Below, piece after piece: positions 10,097-19,261 of a stretch of DNA of 64,000 nt. The stretch is from positions 64 to 64,063 of the forward strand of contig CAJWAO010000003.1 of the NCBI GenBank assembly GCA_913020765.1, in the 5' to 3' direction. The translations under genes were made by a program, and so were the position numbers. Within the stretch, counting starts at the first letter, position 1, and every line of letters begins with the position of its first letter. Origin of the DNA: an uncultured Flavobacteriales bacterium (GTDB lineage: Bacteria; Bacteroidota; Bacteroidia; Flavobacteriales_D; Crocinitomicaceae). Below the pieces are notes generated by a model. It saw only the letters and a list, made by a program, of their open reading frames with translations, searched no databases and was not told where the DNA came from.

Positions 10097-10827
10097 ATAG
10101 CTTTTTTCTTTAGTTCGAAATTACGTCCTAGGTAGACACGTCTTACTTGTTCGTCTGATGCTAAATCCTCAGCAGTTCCAGATTTCAATATACTTCCCTC
10201 GAATAACAGATAGGTTCGATCTGTTATTGAAAGTGTTTCTTGAACATTGTGATCGGTAATTAAAATCCCAATATTTTTCTTTTTTAAGTCTGAAACAATG
10301 CTTTGAATATCTTCGACAGCAATGGGGTCAACCCCCGCAAAGGGCTCATCTAAGAGTACAAATTTCGGGTCTGTAGCCAAAGCGCGTGCAATTTCAGTCC
10401 TTCTTTTTTCTCCTCCTGAAAGTCGATTGCCCAAAGTCTTTCTAAAATCATTTAGGTTGAATTCGTCAAGAAGCGCTTCGAGTCGTTCCTTTCTTTCACT
10501 CGGTGATTTCTCAGTCATCTCTAAAATCGCCATAATATTGTCCTCAACGCTCAGTTTTCGAAAAACTGAAATTTCTTGGGGCAGATACCCAATTCCCATT
10601 TGGGCCCTTTTATACATCGGGAGCTTCGTGATTTCCGCGTCATTGAGATAGACCTTTCCGATATCGGGTCTTACCAAGCCAACAATCATGTAGAATGATG
10701 TTGTTTTTCCTGCCCCATTTGGACCCAATAACCCCACTATTTCACCTTGATTAACCTCAATAGAGACACCGTCAACCACTTTTTTCCCCTTGTAGCTTTT
10801 TTGGATGTTATTTGTGTAGAGTTTCAT
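10093..10827 (-). CDS. lptB: LPS export ABC transporter ATP-binding protein
   Basis: 244 aa. Walker [10 protein letters not shown], signature LSGGEKRR, Walker B LLDEPFAG, and H-loop ITDHN. Its stop overlaps the stop of 7430..10096 as TTAA. Confidence 0.85.
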   Translation of the reverse strand: MKLYTNNIQKSYKGKKVVDGVSIEVNQGEIVGLLGPNGAGKTTSFYMIVGLVRPDIGKVYLNDAEITKLPMYKRAQMGIGYLPQEISVFRKLSVEDNIMAILEMTEKSPSERKERLEALLDEFNLNDFRKTLGNRLSGGEKRRTEIARALATDPKFVLLDEPFAGVDPIAVEDIQSIVSDLKKKNIGILITDHNVQETLSITDRTYLLFEGSILKSGTAEDLASDEQVRRVYLGRNFELKKKAI

Positions 10828-10839
10828 GTCTTCAATGTA

Positions 10840-13326
10840 CTAAAAATTGAGCGTAAATCTCGCGCGAATTCCTAGAGGATGTGTGTTTTCATCCAAGTAG
10901 CTCATTCTCCATACAAGATCCACTCTGAAAAATTTGAATAGATTTTCTATCCCAATGGTCGACTCTGCGTAAGGTATCCTATTGAATTCTTTGATAAAGT
11001 CGGGAAACAACATATTGACCTCGTGCCTTTGACTCAATGCCCCATATGCCAATCTTCCTGAAGTTACTAGTCTCAGATTCAATTTTTTGACAAGGGGTAG
11101 TTTATTCATGAAAAAGCCATCCCAATGGTTTTCTAAATAAAATCCTGTATACCGGTCACAGACAAATTCTAAGAAATTTAGTTTGTTAAAGGCAGATGTC
11201 ATTAGCCAAAGTGATTGATTCCCAGGAATGGCATGAAGCAGCGGGTATGCCACATTTCCAAATATTGCCCCAATATTGGCACCGTACTCGATACGTCCAA
11301 GAATCCCAATTTGTGTTCTATGCTCCAGATTGAGTTCTATTTTTTGATAATTATATTCACTTCCTAATAGATCTTTGACACCGAAGATGGCTTGAATGGA
11401 AATGGCAGGAAACTTAGAACGAATGCTCGTGCGATCGAAAGAACCCGAAATAAATTCTTCGTCTTTAGCCCACCTTATGACGGTTTTAAACTCCGTTGTC
11501 GTGATTTGATTAATTGTATCAAGTCCTTCATTGGCATTAGGCCTTAAGAAATTTGCTACCCCTAAGGGATTGAACGCTTTCCATTCACCTCCGATGAAGA
11601 AAACAATGTCCTTACCGAAATCTTTTTCAATACTTGTTCCTGCTTTTTTTAGAAATGTAAGTTTATCAAATGGGGCAGTACTAAAAAGAGTGGTAAAGGT
11701 GTTTCCAACACCAATTGCGTAGGGGGATAATCCAATTTGTTCAATATCGTAGTTATAATATAAGGAAAGGATTCCTCTTTTTTTTGGACTGATGTTTGCG
11801 CGAAATGTGGCTCCATATTTCCATGCTTTATCACCAAATCCATAGGCCCCTTTGATTCCGAGCTCTATTCTTTTGGAAAATGAATTTGATGTTCTTACGG
11901 AAAGTGCTGTTCTGAACTTTTCAACAGGATTTGTACTTGCCAAAGAATAGATATCTCCCAGTTCTATTTTTCCAATTTGATAGAATCCGCTGGCCGCTAG
12001 ATAGGTAATGTTTTTGAGTCGTTTGAAATACGGATTCGTATTGAGAGAATCAATCATATCGCCAATACCCTCCTCTTGTTCAGAAAGCTTTAGAGGCCTG
12101 AGCATCATCCATTCTTCCTTTGATTTCTCTTTTGCATCTTCCGCAACTTCAACGGTGCTGTTTGAGTTGTAAAATTTTTTCTCTCGTTCTTGATTTACAG
12201 TGAATTCACTTCGCTGGCTCGATTTCCTTGCAAAGAAACCACTTAACTTACCTCCCTTTGAAAGCTGAACATCTGCAATGAGATTTTCCTTACTTAACAT
12301 CCATGTGGATTGATTAACTTGCTCAAATTCATGTACAAAATAGAAGTCATTCACGAAATTTAAATTGACATCAGGCGATACATTTGCACTGAATTTTTTA
12401 ACCGCAAAAGTTGTGTCATGTATCCACATTGAACCTGAAAATGTGAGGGCTCCTTTTCGCTTTGGAATAAACCTCAAATTATAGCACCAATGCTTGTCTA
12501 TAAAGCTTGAGTCTTCTAAATAGTATTTATAAAAAAATCTAGAATTGTTTGCGATTGGACTAATAAAGGATTTGCCAAAAATAGTATAAATATTATCGTA
12601 TATATTGAGGTCAAGATACATGTCTCCCAAAAAGGTATTTAATTCTAGGTTTTCGACTCCTGTCGTTCTGGTGGCCTCGATTATTTCTTTTTTTGCTCGG
12701 GGTTTGTTTTTGTAGTAAAAACGAGAAATGGTTTCATTTAGGATGAGGGGCAGGTATTTATTTCCGGTTTCCGTGGAGTCTAAATAATTGAGAAGCACAT
12801 TGAGCTTTTTGATACGTTTATTTTCTGCTATATCGTTCCTAATATTATTTAAATCAAATTGAATTTTTGTATACAATTTATATGCATAGCTGTCGAGCTT
12901 CTTTTTGTCGTTCTTATGCTTATTTGCAATCAGATTTCTGTGCAGAATTGTTGAAGGAAGCTCGTCTGGAGCGCGAACTGTAACCTCCTTAAAATCGATA
13001 AAAATACTTTTCAAATAAATTGTCAACTCACCATTCTTACTTTTAATATTTTTCTCAACTGTCGAACGGTCAATTTTCTTTTTTTGATACCCTGCAGCGG
13101 AGATTTCAAGCGTATCATCGTTTTCCTTTGGTATAATCCTGAAACGCCCTGCCGAGTCTGAAAGTGTTGCTGTTTTCGATGGAATTGCCTTTACCACCGC
13201 GAATGGTAGTGTCGTTTTCGATTTTAAATCTACGATACGGCCTTTGATAACTTGTTGCTGCCCAAATCCTGTAAACGAAAAGAGTATTACGATAAAAACA
13301 ATCGAAATTCGATTTGCTTTATTCAT
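10840..13326 (-). CDS. DUF5686-like protein with an N-terminal carboxypeptidase-regulatory-like domain
   Basis: 828 aa. Signal peptide ...FTGFG|QQQ. CarboxypepD_reg-like start VIKGRIVDLKSKTTLPFAVV. The long C-terminal region ends in an aromatic residue (...ARFTLNF), which is beta-barrel-like. Family assignment is from memory of this architecture. Confidence 0.6.
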   Translation of the reverse strand: MNKANRISIVFIVILFSFTGFGQQQVIKGRIVDLKSKTTLPFAVVKAIPSKTATLSDSAGRFRIIPKENDDTLEISAAGYQKKKIDRSTVEKNIKSKNGELTIYLKSIFIDFKEVTVRAPDELPSTILHRNLIANKHKNDKKKLDSYAYKLYTKIQFDLNNIRNDIAENKRIKKLNVLLNYLDSTETGNKYLPLILNETISRFYYKNKPRAKKEIIEATRTTGVENLELNTFLGDMYLDLNIYDNIYTIFGKSFISPIANNSRFFYKYYLEDSSFIDKHWCYNLRFIPKRKGALTFSGSMWIHDTTFAVKKFSANVSPDVNLNFVNDFYFVHEFEQVNQSTWMLSKENLIADVQLSKGGKLSGFFARKSSQRSEFTVNQEREKKFYNSNSTVEVAEDAKEKSKEEWMMLRPLKLSEQEEGIGDMIDSLNTNPYFKRLKNITYLAASGFYQIGKIELGDIYSLASTNPVEKFRTALSVRTSNSFSKRIELGIKGAYGFGDKAWKYGATFRANISPKKRGILSLYYNYDIEQIGLSPYAIGVGNTFTTLFSTAPFDKLTFLKKAGTSIEKDFGKDIVFFIGGEWKAFNPLGVANFLRPNANEGLDTINQITTTEFKTVIRWAKDEEFISGSFDRTSIRSKFPAISIQAIFGVKDLLGSEYNYQKIELNLEHRTQIGILGRIEYGANIGAIFGNVAYPLLHAIPGNQSLWLMTSAFNKLNFLEFVCDRYTGFYLENHWDGFFMNKLPLVKKLNLRLVTSGRLAYGALSQRHEVNMLFPDFIKEFNRIPYAESTIGIENLFKFFRVDLVWRMSYLDENTHPLGIRARFTLNF

Positions 13327-14128
13327 CCTCTGAGTTTTTTGCTACTCTTTTTGAGACCAAAATCCCTATTTCATATAGAATAAAAATAGGAATAGAGACA
13401 ATTACCTGTGAAATAATATCTGGTGGGGTGATGATAGCAGAAAGAATCAGGATTCCCACAATCGCGTGCTTTCGGTATTTGATCAAAAACTCTGGGTTGA
13501 GAAGCCCAATACGGGTCATAAGATAGGACACAACAGGTAGTAAAAAAAAGAGTCCTGTATAAAAAACAGTTGACAGAATCATACTCATATAAGAGCTAAT
13601 TGTGAAATCATTTCTAATCTCGCTCGAGATTTGATAAGACCCAAAGAACTGAATACTCAGCGGTGCAACCACAAAATAACCAAATGAAATCCCAAAGAAG
13701 AATAACATACTAACGTAGAAGACAATTCCTTTTGCCATTTTCTTTTCACCAACTTTCAGTCCTGGTTTGAGAAAGGCCCACATTTGATAAAAAATGAAGG
13801 GAAAACCTACAACGAGACCTCCCATAAAGCTCATCATTAATGCATAGCCAAATTGTCCTGAGACCGTCATGCTTTGCAGTTGAACAGGAATATCCTCAAC
13901 GCATGTTCCCAGATAATGACACATGATACGGAACGAAAAGAAATCTTTTTTTTTCATGGACATGAATACATTGTTCATGATCCACTCCTGGAAGGTCCAG
14001 ATGACAATTCCAATAAGGATAACAGCTATTGCAGAGCGAATCAGTCGCCACCTAAGCTCCTCTAAGTGCTCGATAAATGACATTTGGTCTAAATCAGCTT
14101 TGCCTTTTCGATCTTTCAACATCCGCAT
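13319..14128 (-). CDS. tatC: Twin-arginine translocase subunit TatC
   Basis: 269 aa. MSFIEHLEELRWRLI motif and about six predicted transmembrane segments. Overlaps the downstream gene by 8 nt. Confidence 0.85.
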   Translation of the reverse strand: MRMLKDRKGKADLDQMSFIEHLEELRWRLIRSAIAVILIGIVIWTFQEWIMNNVFMSMKKKDFFSFRIMCHYLGTCVEDIPVQLQSMTVSGQFGYALMMSFMGGLVVGFPFIFYQMWAFLKPGLKVGEKKMAKGIVFYVSMLFFFGISFGYFVVAPLSIQFFGSYQISSEIRNDFTISSYMSMILSTVFYTGLFFLLPVVSYLMTRIGLLNPEFLIKYRKHAIVGILILSAIITPPDIISQVIVSIPIFILYEIGILVSKRVAKNSEDE

Positions 14129-14254
14129 TAATGAAGTACAAATTTAACCAAAAGCCGTTATAATCAAGCACAATAGAACAATTGCTGAAAACAAATTTAA
14201 CAACGTAAATCATTTACGATCTATCAAGGTAGTTTTGTTTAAAACTTACGCTTT

Positions 14255-14569
14255 ATGATAAAATTTCAAATTAAAAAACTCGAGTTCAACTCTTTGAATG
14301 ATTGGATAACCATGCAAGGCGCTATCGTGAAAGGTTACCTTAAAAGTGAATACACTTTAAGGGTGGACGTATCTCAAATAAATAGAATTCTTAATGTCAT
14401 CCAAAAACTTAATCCGGAGCATTCGATTTATGATTTTTTATCGTCTTATACGCAAAACGAGTACAGTGAATACAAATTTGACTTTAAAGGCCTTTTGAGC
14501 ACCGATGTTTCATTTTCAGAATTGCAAGCTCAAAGTGATCAAGCTGAGCTCCGCCTGATTCGCGCCTAA
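14255..14569 (+). CDS. Hypothetical protein
   Basis: 104-aa ORF with no recognisable motif and no signal peptide. Its stop overlaps the convergent gene by 4 nt. Confidence 0.4.
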   Translation: MIKFQIKKLEFNSLNDWITMQGAIVKGYLKSEYTLRVDVSQINRILNVIQKLNPEHSIYDFLSSYTQNEYSEYKFDFKGLLSTDVSFSELQAQSDQAELRLIRA

Positions 14570-14946
14570 GGTTGAATAAAAACGGTTTCTTCGTTTACCT
14601 GTTCTGGTTCGATTTTGATGATGCCTTGTCCTACTTTGTTTAACAGTTGCGCTTTGATATCCAAAACAGCAACTCCCGCTTGTCCCAATTGATAGATGTC
14701 ATTATAATTGAAAGTTGCAAGACCAGCGGCATTCGTGAATGCCGTATCATAAACTGCAACCAACTGAACGGGTGGATTTTGCGTATTTGTTCCGTATAGT
14801 ACAACCATTGCACCCTCAACGACAGCGTTACTTTCGTCTCGAACATATATGTTCGCTATCGTATCTGCCTTCTTTCTACAAGAGGACATACCTGCGATAG
14901 TGATTACTATAAAAGTTAGAGGTAGTAAATAGTGCGTTAGTTTCAT
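14566..14946 (-). CDS. Small lipoprotein, paralog 1 of a tandem trio (prealbumin/CarboxypepD_reg-like fold suspected)
   Basis: Signal peptide with Cys (..AGMSSC). Shares IYQ.GQ.GVA....KAQ with 15395..15760. Confidence 0.55.
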   Translation of the reverse strand: MKLTHYLLPLTFIVITIAGMSSCRKKADTIANIYVRDESNAVVEGAMVVLYGTNTQNPPVQLVAVYDTAFTNAAGLATFNYNDIYQLGQAGVAVLDIKAQLLNKVGQGIIKIEPEQVNEETVFIQP

Positions 14947-14952
14947 GATTCC

Positions 14953-15327
14953 TTAGTTTGGTAAGTATATAGTTTCAACAGATGTTGTATGTATCCTGCA
15001 TCTGGTGTATCCTGCTGCTTCTTTATTATTTGATTTCACTAGGATATCAAAATATCCAGTTGTTTCAATTATAGCATCATCATTAAAATAGTCATCCAAT
15101 ATGAACGTAGTAAACCCAGAACTATTCGTGTACGTTGTATCTACATAATTAGGAGTCATTTCAGAAGGGTTAGCTTGTAGGTCAGCGATGATTATGACCT
15201 TTGCTCCATAAACCAATTGATTAGTTGCTGAACGAACAAAGACTTTTAAAATTGCTGGGCTGTCGTCTTTACAACCCACTATAAATAATAGTAAAAGTGT
15301 CAAGCTGATGGATAATAATTTCTTCAT
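14953..15327 (-). CDS. Small lipoprotein, paralog 2 (divergent) of the tandem trio
   Basis: Lipobox LFIVGC. Same size and layout as its neighbours, for example L.VFVRS......GAKV and SSGFTTF. Confidence 0.5.
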   Translation of the reverse strand: MKKLLSISLTLLLLFIVGCKDDSPAILKVFVRSATNQLVYGAKVIIIADLQANPSEMTPNYVDTTYTNSSGFTTFILDDYFNDDAIIETTGYFDILVKSNNKEAAGYTRCRIHTTSVETIYLPN

Positions 15328-15394
15328 TTTTCTAGTTCTAGGCTCAAAGTTAAGCTAAATATTTTTTAATCTATACGGTTTAATTCCAAAAGTG

Positions 15395-15760
15395 TTACTG
15401 TAGCACCAATTCAACACGGTTGTCAATTTCTTCTTGAAGTTCAACAGTTTCTTCTGCTGCCAGACCTGCTTTTTGAGCTTTAACCTCAACAATAGCAACA
15501 CCCGACTGTCCTGGTTGGTATATTCCATCTAAGTTGAAAAACGCAATTCCGTCTCCATTGGTTGCTTCCTCATAATCAATTAGAAGAAGATTATTGCCCG
15601 AATTGTCAGGTGGAACTCCCATTACTTTCACATTCGCTTCTGAAACAACTGAACCTGAAATGGTTTTCACCTCCACGCGTAAGGTTGTCGGTTTGGACTT
15701 GTAGCAAGAGGTCAAAGTCATAAGAATTAAGCCTAACAAACAAGAAAATCGCATTGGCAT
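15395..15760 (-). CDS. Small lipoprotein, paralog 3 of the tandem trio
   Basis: Lipobox TLTSC. GIYQPGQSGVAIVEVKAQ matches DIYQLGQAGVAVLDIKAQ in paralog 1. Confidence 0.55.
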   Translation of the reverse strand: MPMRFSCLLGLILMTLTSCYKSKPTTLRVEVKTISGSVVSEANVKVMGVPPDNSGNNLLLIDYEEATNGDGIAFFNLDGIYQPGQSGVAIVEVKAQKAGLAAEETVELQEEIDNRVELVLQ

Positions 15761-15786
15761 ACAAAAATGTTTTTGTTGTACTTTTG
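15754..15786 (+). promoter_or_regulatory. Candidate Bacteroidota-type promoter for pheS
   Basis: TTG (15754-15756), a 22-nt spacer, then TACTTTTG (15779-15786), which matches TAnnTTTG. It sits about 44 nt upstream of the pheS ATG. Confidence 0.3.
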
Positions 15787-15829
15787 TATATTACATTTAA
15801 CTCTATACAAAAGTTACAGAAGCTAAGGA

Positions 15830-16852
15830 ATGATTGAACAAATTCGAAAAATAGGAAACGAACTATCTGGTTTTGAATTTAAAGCCGCCGAAGACGCGGA
15901 AAAGTTCAGAATTCAATTTTTAGGCTCTAAAGGTCAGATTAAGGGGCTATATACGATGCTTCGCGAGGTTCCAAATGAGCAAAAGAAAGAGATGGGTCAG
16001 CAGATTAACGCTTTAAAGTTAAAAGCCGAAAAAATGCTTGATGAGGCAAAGAAAAAACTTGGAGGATTATCAACGAATCAAAATAAGGAGGATTTGACGC
16101 GGCCTGCCGCCAAACTTCCGCTCGGAAGTCATCATCCATTATCAATTGTCCGAAGAGACATCATTGATGTTTTTAGAAAAATTGGCTTTTCAATTTCAGA
16201 GGGGCCTGAAATTGAAGATGATTGGCATAATTTTTCAGCCTTAAATTTCCCGCCTGAACATCCCGCTAGAGATATGCAGGATACTTTTTTTATTAAAAAA
16301 GGAGAAAATGAAATTGCATTAAGGACCCATACAAGCTCTGTTCAGGTTCGCGTTATGGAAAATAACCAACCTCCAATCAGGACAATATCTCCTGGTCGTG
16401 TTTATCGCAATGAGGCGATTTCAGCAAGAGCCCATTGTTTTTTTCATCAAATAGAGGGTCTTTACATTGACGAGGGTGTTTCCTTTGCGGATTTGAAGCA
16501 AACACTATTATTTTTCGCTCAGGAAGTGTTCGGTAGCTCAGCAAAAATACGCTTAAGACCGAGCTACTTCCCGTTCACAGAACCTAGCGCCGAGGTAGAT
16601 GTATCGTGTACAATTTGTAAGTCTAAGGGTTGTAATGTCTGTAAATATTCCGGTTGGTTGGAAATTTTGGGTTGTGGTATGGTAGATCCAAATGTGTTGG
16701 AGGCCTCAGGAATTGATTCAAAAAAGTATTCAGGTTTCGCCTTCGGAATGGGCGTAGAGAGAATTGCACAGCTGAAATTTAAGGTCAATGACTTAAGAAT
16801 GTATTCAGAAAATGATTTGCGTTTTCTTGAACAATTCAAATCCACACTTTAA
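15830..16852 (+). CDS. pheS: Phenylalanine--tRNA ligase alpha subunit
   Basis: 340 aa. Class II aaRS motifs: HPARDMQDTF, RTHTS, GRVYR, FHQ.EG, and GFAFGMG.ERIA. Confidence 0.9.
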   Translation: MIEQIRKIGNELSGFEFKAAEDAEKFRIQFLGSKGQIKGLYTMLREVPNEQKKEMGQQINALKLKAEKMLDEAKKKLGGLSTNQNKEDLTRPAAKLPLGSHHPLSIVRRDIIDVFRKIGFSISEGPEIEDDWHNFSALNFPPEHPARDMQDTFFIKKGENEIALRTHTSSVQVRVMENNQPPIRTISPGRVYRNEAISARAHCFFHQIEGLYIDEGVSFADLKQTLLFFAQEVFGSSAKIRLRPSYFPFTEPSAEVDVSCTICKSKGCNVCKYSGWLEILGCGMVDPNVLEASGIDSKKYSGFAFGMGVERIAQLKFKVNDLRMYSENDLRFLEQFKSTL

Positions 16853-17190
16853 TGCCTTGGACTCCACTTTCATCGAAAGAAACTTTGGCAGGGTTTTTTA
16901 CAGAAAATGCACCTCACATTATTTTTAAGCACAGCCCGAGGTGTGGCATTTCAGCGATGGTTTTGAGGCGTTTTGAAAGATCCAATATATTTAAGAATTC
17001 AAACGAAAACTTCTGGCTTCTGCATGTAATTGAAAATAGAGAGATATCAAATGCTTTAGCAACTGATTTTAATGTAAGACATGAATCTCCGCAGGTATTG
17101 GTCATCTATCAAGGGGAGCTTTTGCATCATTCAGCGCACTCCGAAATTGATGCCAATCAAATTGAAACCGTAATAAATGGTCTAAAATGA
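16852..17190 (+). CDS. ytxJ: YtxJ-like monothiol thioredoxin-fold protein (bacillithiol-system family)
   Basis: 112 aa. KHSPRCGIS single-Cys motif in the position typical of YtxJ. TAATG overlap with the pheS stop. Confidence 0.65.
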   Translation: MPWTPLSSKETLAGFFTENAPHIIFKHSPRCGISAMVLRRFERSNIFKNSNENFWLLHVIENREISNALATDFNVRHESPQVLVIYQGELLHHSAHSEIDANQIETVINGLK

Positions 17191-18320
17191 AAAAAATAGG
17201 AGCAATTGTACTGGCGATTGTATTAGTGATCGCATTCGTCCTTCCTTATATCGGAAAAAATCAGACGGATAATGAGAATCCCATTGATTTTGGTTTTAAC
17301 TCCTCTAGCACCTATTTGGCTGTTCAGAAAGGAACCCCATTTGTGTTTGAGGCCAATGTAGGCCAGAATATTGATCGAATTGAACTCTCTTTGAATGGCA
17401 ATCTTGTCAAATCATGGAATTCAGAAGGGGAAATAACGTGGACAGATGCACAAGTTTTAACTCTAAAAATCGAAACAGAATCTTATAAAATGGGAACTTA
17501 TTCGATTGAGTTACGCGGGTTTTCGTCAGAAGATCTCGTTTATAATGACGAACGATTTCTGTTTGTAAATGCAAAAAATGCGCTCCAGGAGCAAGAGTTT
17601 GAGTTATTAGATACCCATCCTCATAATCCCGATAATTTCACTCAAGGATATGAGTTTTTTAATGATAAACTTTTCGAGTCAACAGGTAATCCGCGCCAAA
17701 TGAATACGACCATGGTTGCGGAAATTGAACGAACAACAGGTCGTTCGATCCGAGAGGTAAAACAATACAATCCGATTTTTGGTGAAGGGATTACCATACT
17801 TGATTCAAAGATATATCAGATTTCATGGCAAGATGAAAAATGTTTCGTTTATGATTTGGTCGGCTTTACCGTTATAGATACATTGAATTATCAAGGTGAA
17901 GGTTGGGGCTTGTGCAATGACGGAAAAAACCTCATTATGTCTGATGGAACCAACCAGTTGACATTTCGTGACCCAAATAATTTTGAAGTATTAAAAACCA
18001 TAGAAGTTCACTCTGATCGAGGACCAGTCACAAATTTGAATGAGCTTGACTACGTCAATGGTAAAGTTTTTGCGAATATATGGATGAGTGAACAGCGATT
18101 TCAACATGATACGCGTATGAATCTTTCAAAGATTGTTGTCATTGATCCAAAAACAGGAGCGGTAGAAAGGTATATTGACCTACAAGAAATTTTGAGAAAA
18201 GCATCAGTAACAAATGTTCCTAATGGAATTGCTTACAGGAAAAGTACAAATTCCTTTTGGTTAACAGGAAAGTATTGGGATCAGGTTTATGAGATTGCCT
18301 TGAAGTCTAAAAGTATATAG
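17187..18320 (+). CDS. Glutaminyl-peptide cyclotransferase (beta-propeller, plant/bacterial type) with an N-terminal membrane anchor and an extra domain of about 120 aa
   Basis: Motifs FTQGYEF, GEGITILD..IYQISW, EGWGLCNDGKNLIMSDG...L.FRDP and LNELDYVNGKVFANIW are typical of Glu_cyclase_2-type QCs. ATGA overlap with ytxJ. Confidence 0.8.
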   Translation: MKKIGAIVLAIVLVIAFVLPYIGKNQTDNENPIDFGFNSSSTYLAVQKGTPFVFEANVGQNIDRIELSLNGNLVKSWNSEGEITWTDAQVLTLKIETESYKMGTYSIELRGFSSEDLVYNDERFLFVNAKNALQEQEFELLDTHPHNPDNFTQGYEFFNDKLFESTGNPRQMNTTMVAEIERTTGRSIREVKQYNPIFGEGITILDSKIYQISWQDEKCFVYDLVGFTVIDTLNYQGEGWGLCNDGKNLIMSDGTNQLTFRDPNNFEVLKTIEVHSDRGPVTNLNELDYVNGKVFANIWMSEQRFQHDTRMNLSKIVVIDPKTGAVERYIDLQEILRKASVTNVPNGIAYRKSTNSFWLTGKYWDQVYEIALKSKSI

Positions 18321-19185
18321 GCCTAGCATTCATTTTTCCGTTTGCGTAAATCAATGCCGGAAAGGGGATTTTTAAGGTGTTCAATGACTTAAGTAAGCCC
18401 TTTAAAAACTTTGATTTCACATTCAGCCGGCTTAAGTCAACATCCAATGAAAAAAGAAACTCTCGATGACTCGTAATCCCTCCGTAGCTCATTGCGTCAC
18501 CCTTTAATCTTCCTCTGATGCTATGTCCAAAGCTGAGCATCATCCAATCAGGCCATTTATCCAGCCCCATTTGTCCAGGAGAAAAGCTCAGCCAATAGGT
18601 TTGTCCATTATAATCTTTGAGGACGGATTCGATGAAATTGCTCCCAAGAACTTCTGGCCTTTGAATTGCAAAACGAGTTTGATGAAATGAAAACTTCGGT
18701 TTAAAAATTTGCGCCTGTAAATAGTGCTCTTGAAAAACATACAGTCCAACCCCAAGTGCATTAAATCCCATATCGCTCAGCGAAAACCCCCAGGACTCAC
18801 TGAAGCCATCGAGTATCTCGATACCCGTAAAATAGGTGAGACCAATACCCGCTGCCAATAAAAGACTTTTCTTTTCTTTTAGACCTGTCCATGAAAAGAG
18901 AGCATCTAGCCCTCGTGTTACATGATAGCAAGAAAAAGTGTGGCCTAGTTTATCCATTTGCATCCAATTTTTAGCATCATTGAAGAGGTGAAAGGATATT
19001 TGGCTTTGTTGACCATACCACAATTTTCCGAGGCCGTATAGACTCCCCGCGCTTAAAGCTCCTACGCTGGCCGTGGACCATGTAAATTTCTGTATTGAAA
19101 ATTCAGTATCCGATGAGTCTTGAAGGTCTTGGGCCAAAACCTTAGTCATCACAGTAAAGAGAAGGAAAAATAAAATTAGCCTCAT
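18307..19185 (-). CDS. Secreted or outer-membrane-associated protein, possibly DUF2279 family
   Basis: Signal peptide ..KVLA|QD. DKLGH motif and Trp/Gly-rich sequence. Family call is from memory only. Confidence 0.45.
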   Translation of the reverse strand: MRLILFFLLFTVMTKVLAQDLQDSSDTEFSIQKFTWSTASVGALSAGSLYGLGKLWYGQQSQISFHLFNDAKNWMQMDKLGHTFSCYHVTRGLDALFSWTGLKEKKSLLLAAGIGLTYFTGIEILDGFSESWGFSLSDMGFNALGVGLYVFQEHYLQAQIFKPKFSFHQTRFAIQRPEVLGSNFIESVLKDYNGQTYWLSFSPGQMGLDKWPDWMMLSFGHSIRGRLKGDAMSYGGITSHREFLFSLDVDLSRLNVKSKFLKGLLKSLNTLKIPFPALIYANGKMNARPIYF

Positions 19186-19261
19186 GCCTCGAATTTAGAG
19201 AATATATCCTAGATTTCTACGTTATCATATTTACATTAATTAATGTAAAAACCAACATTAC

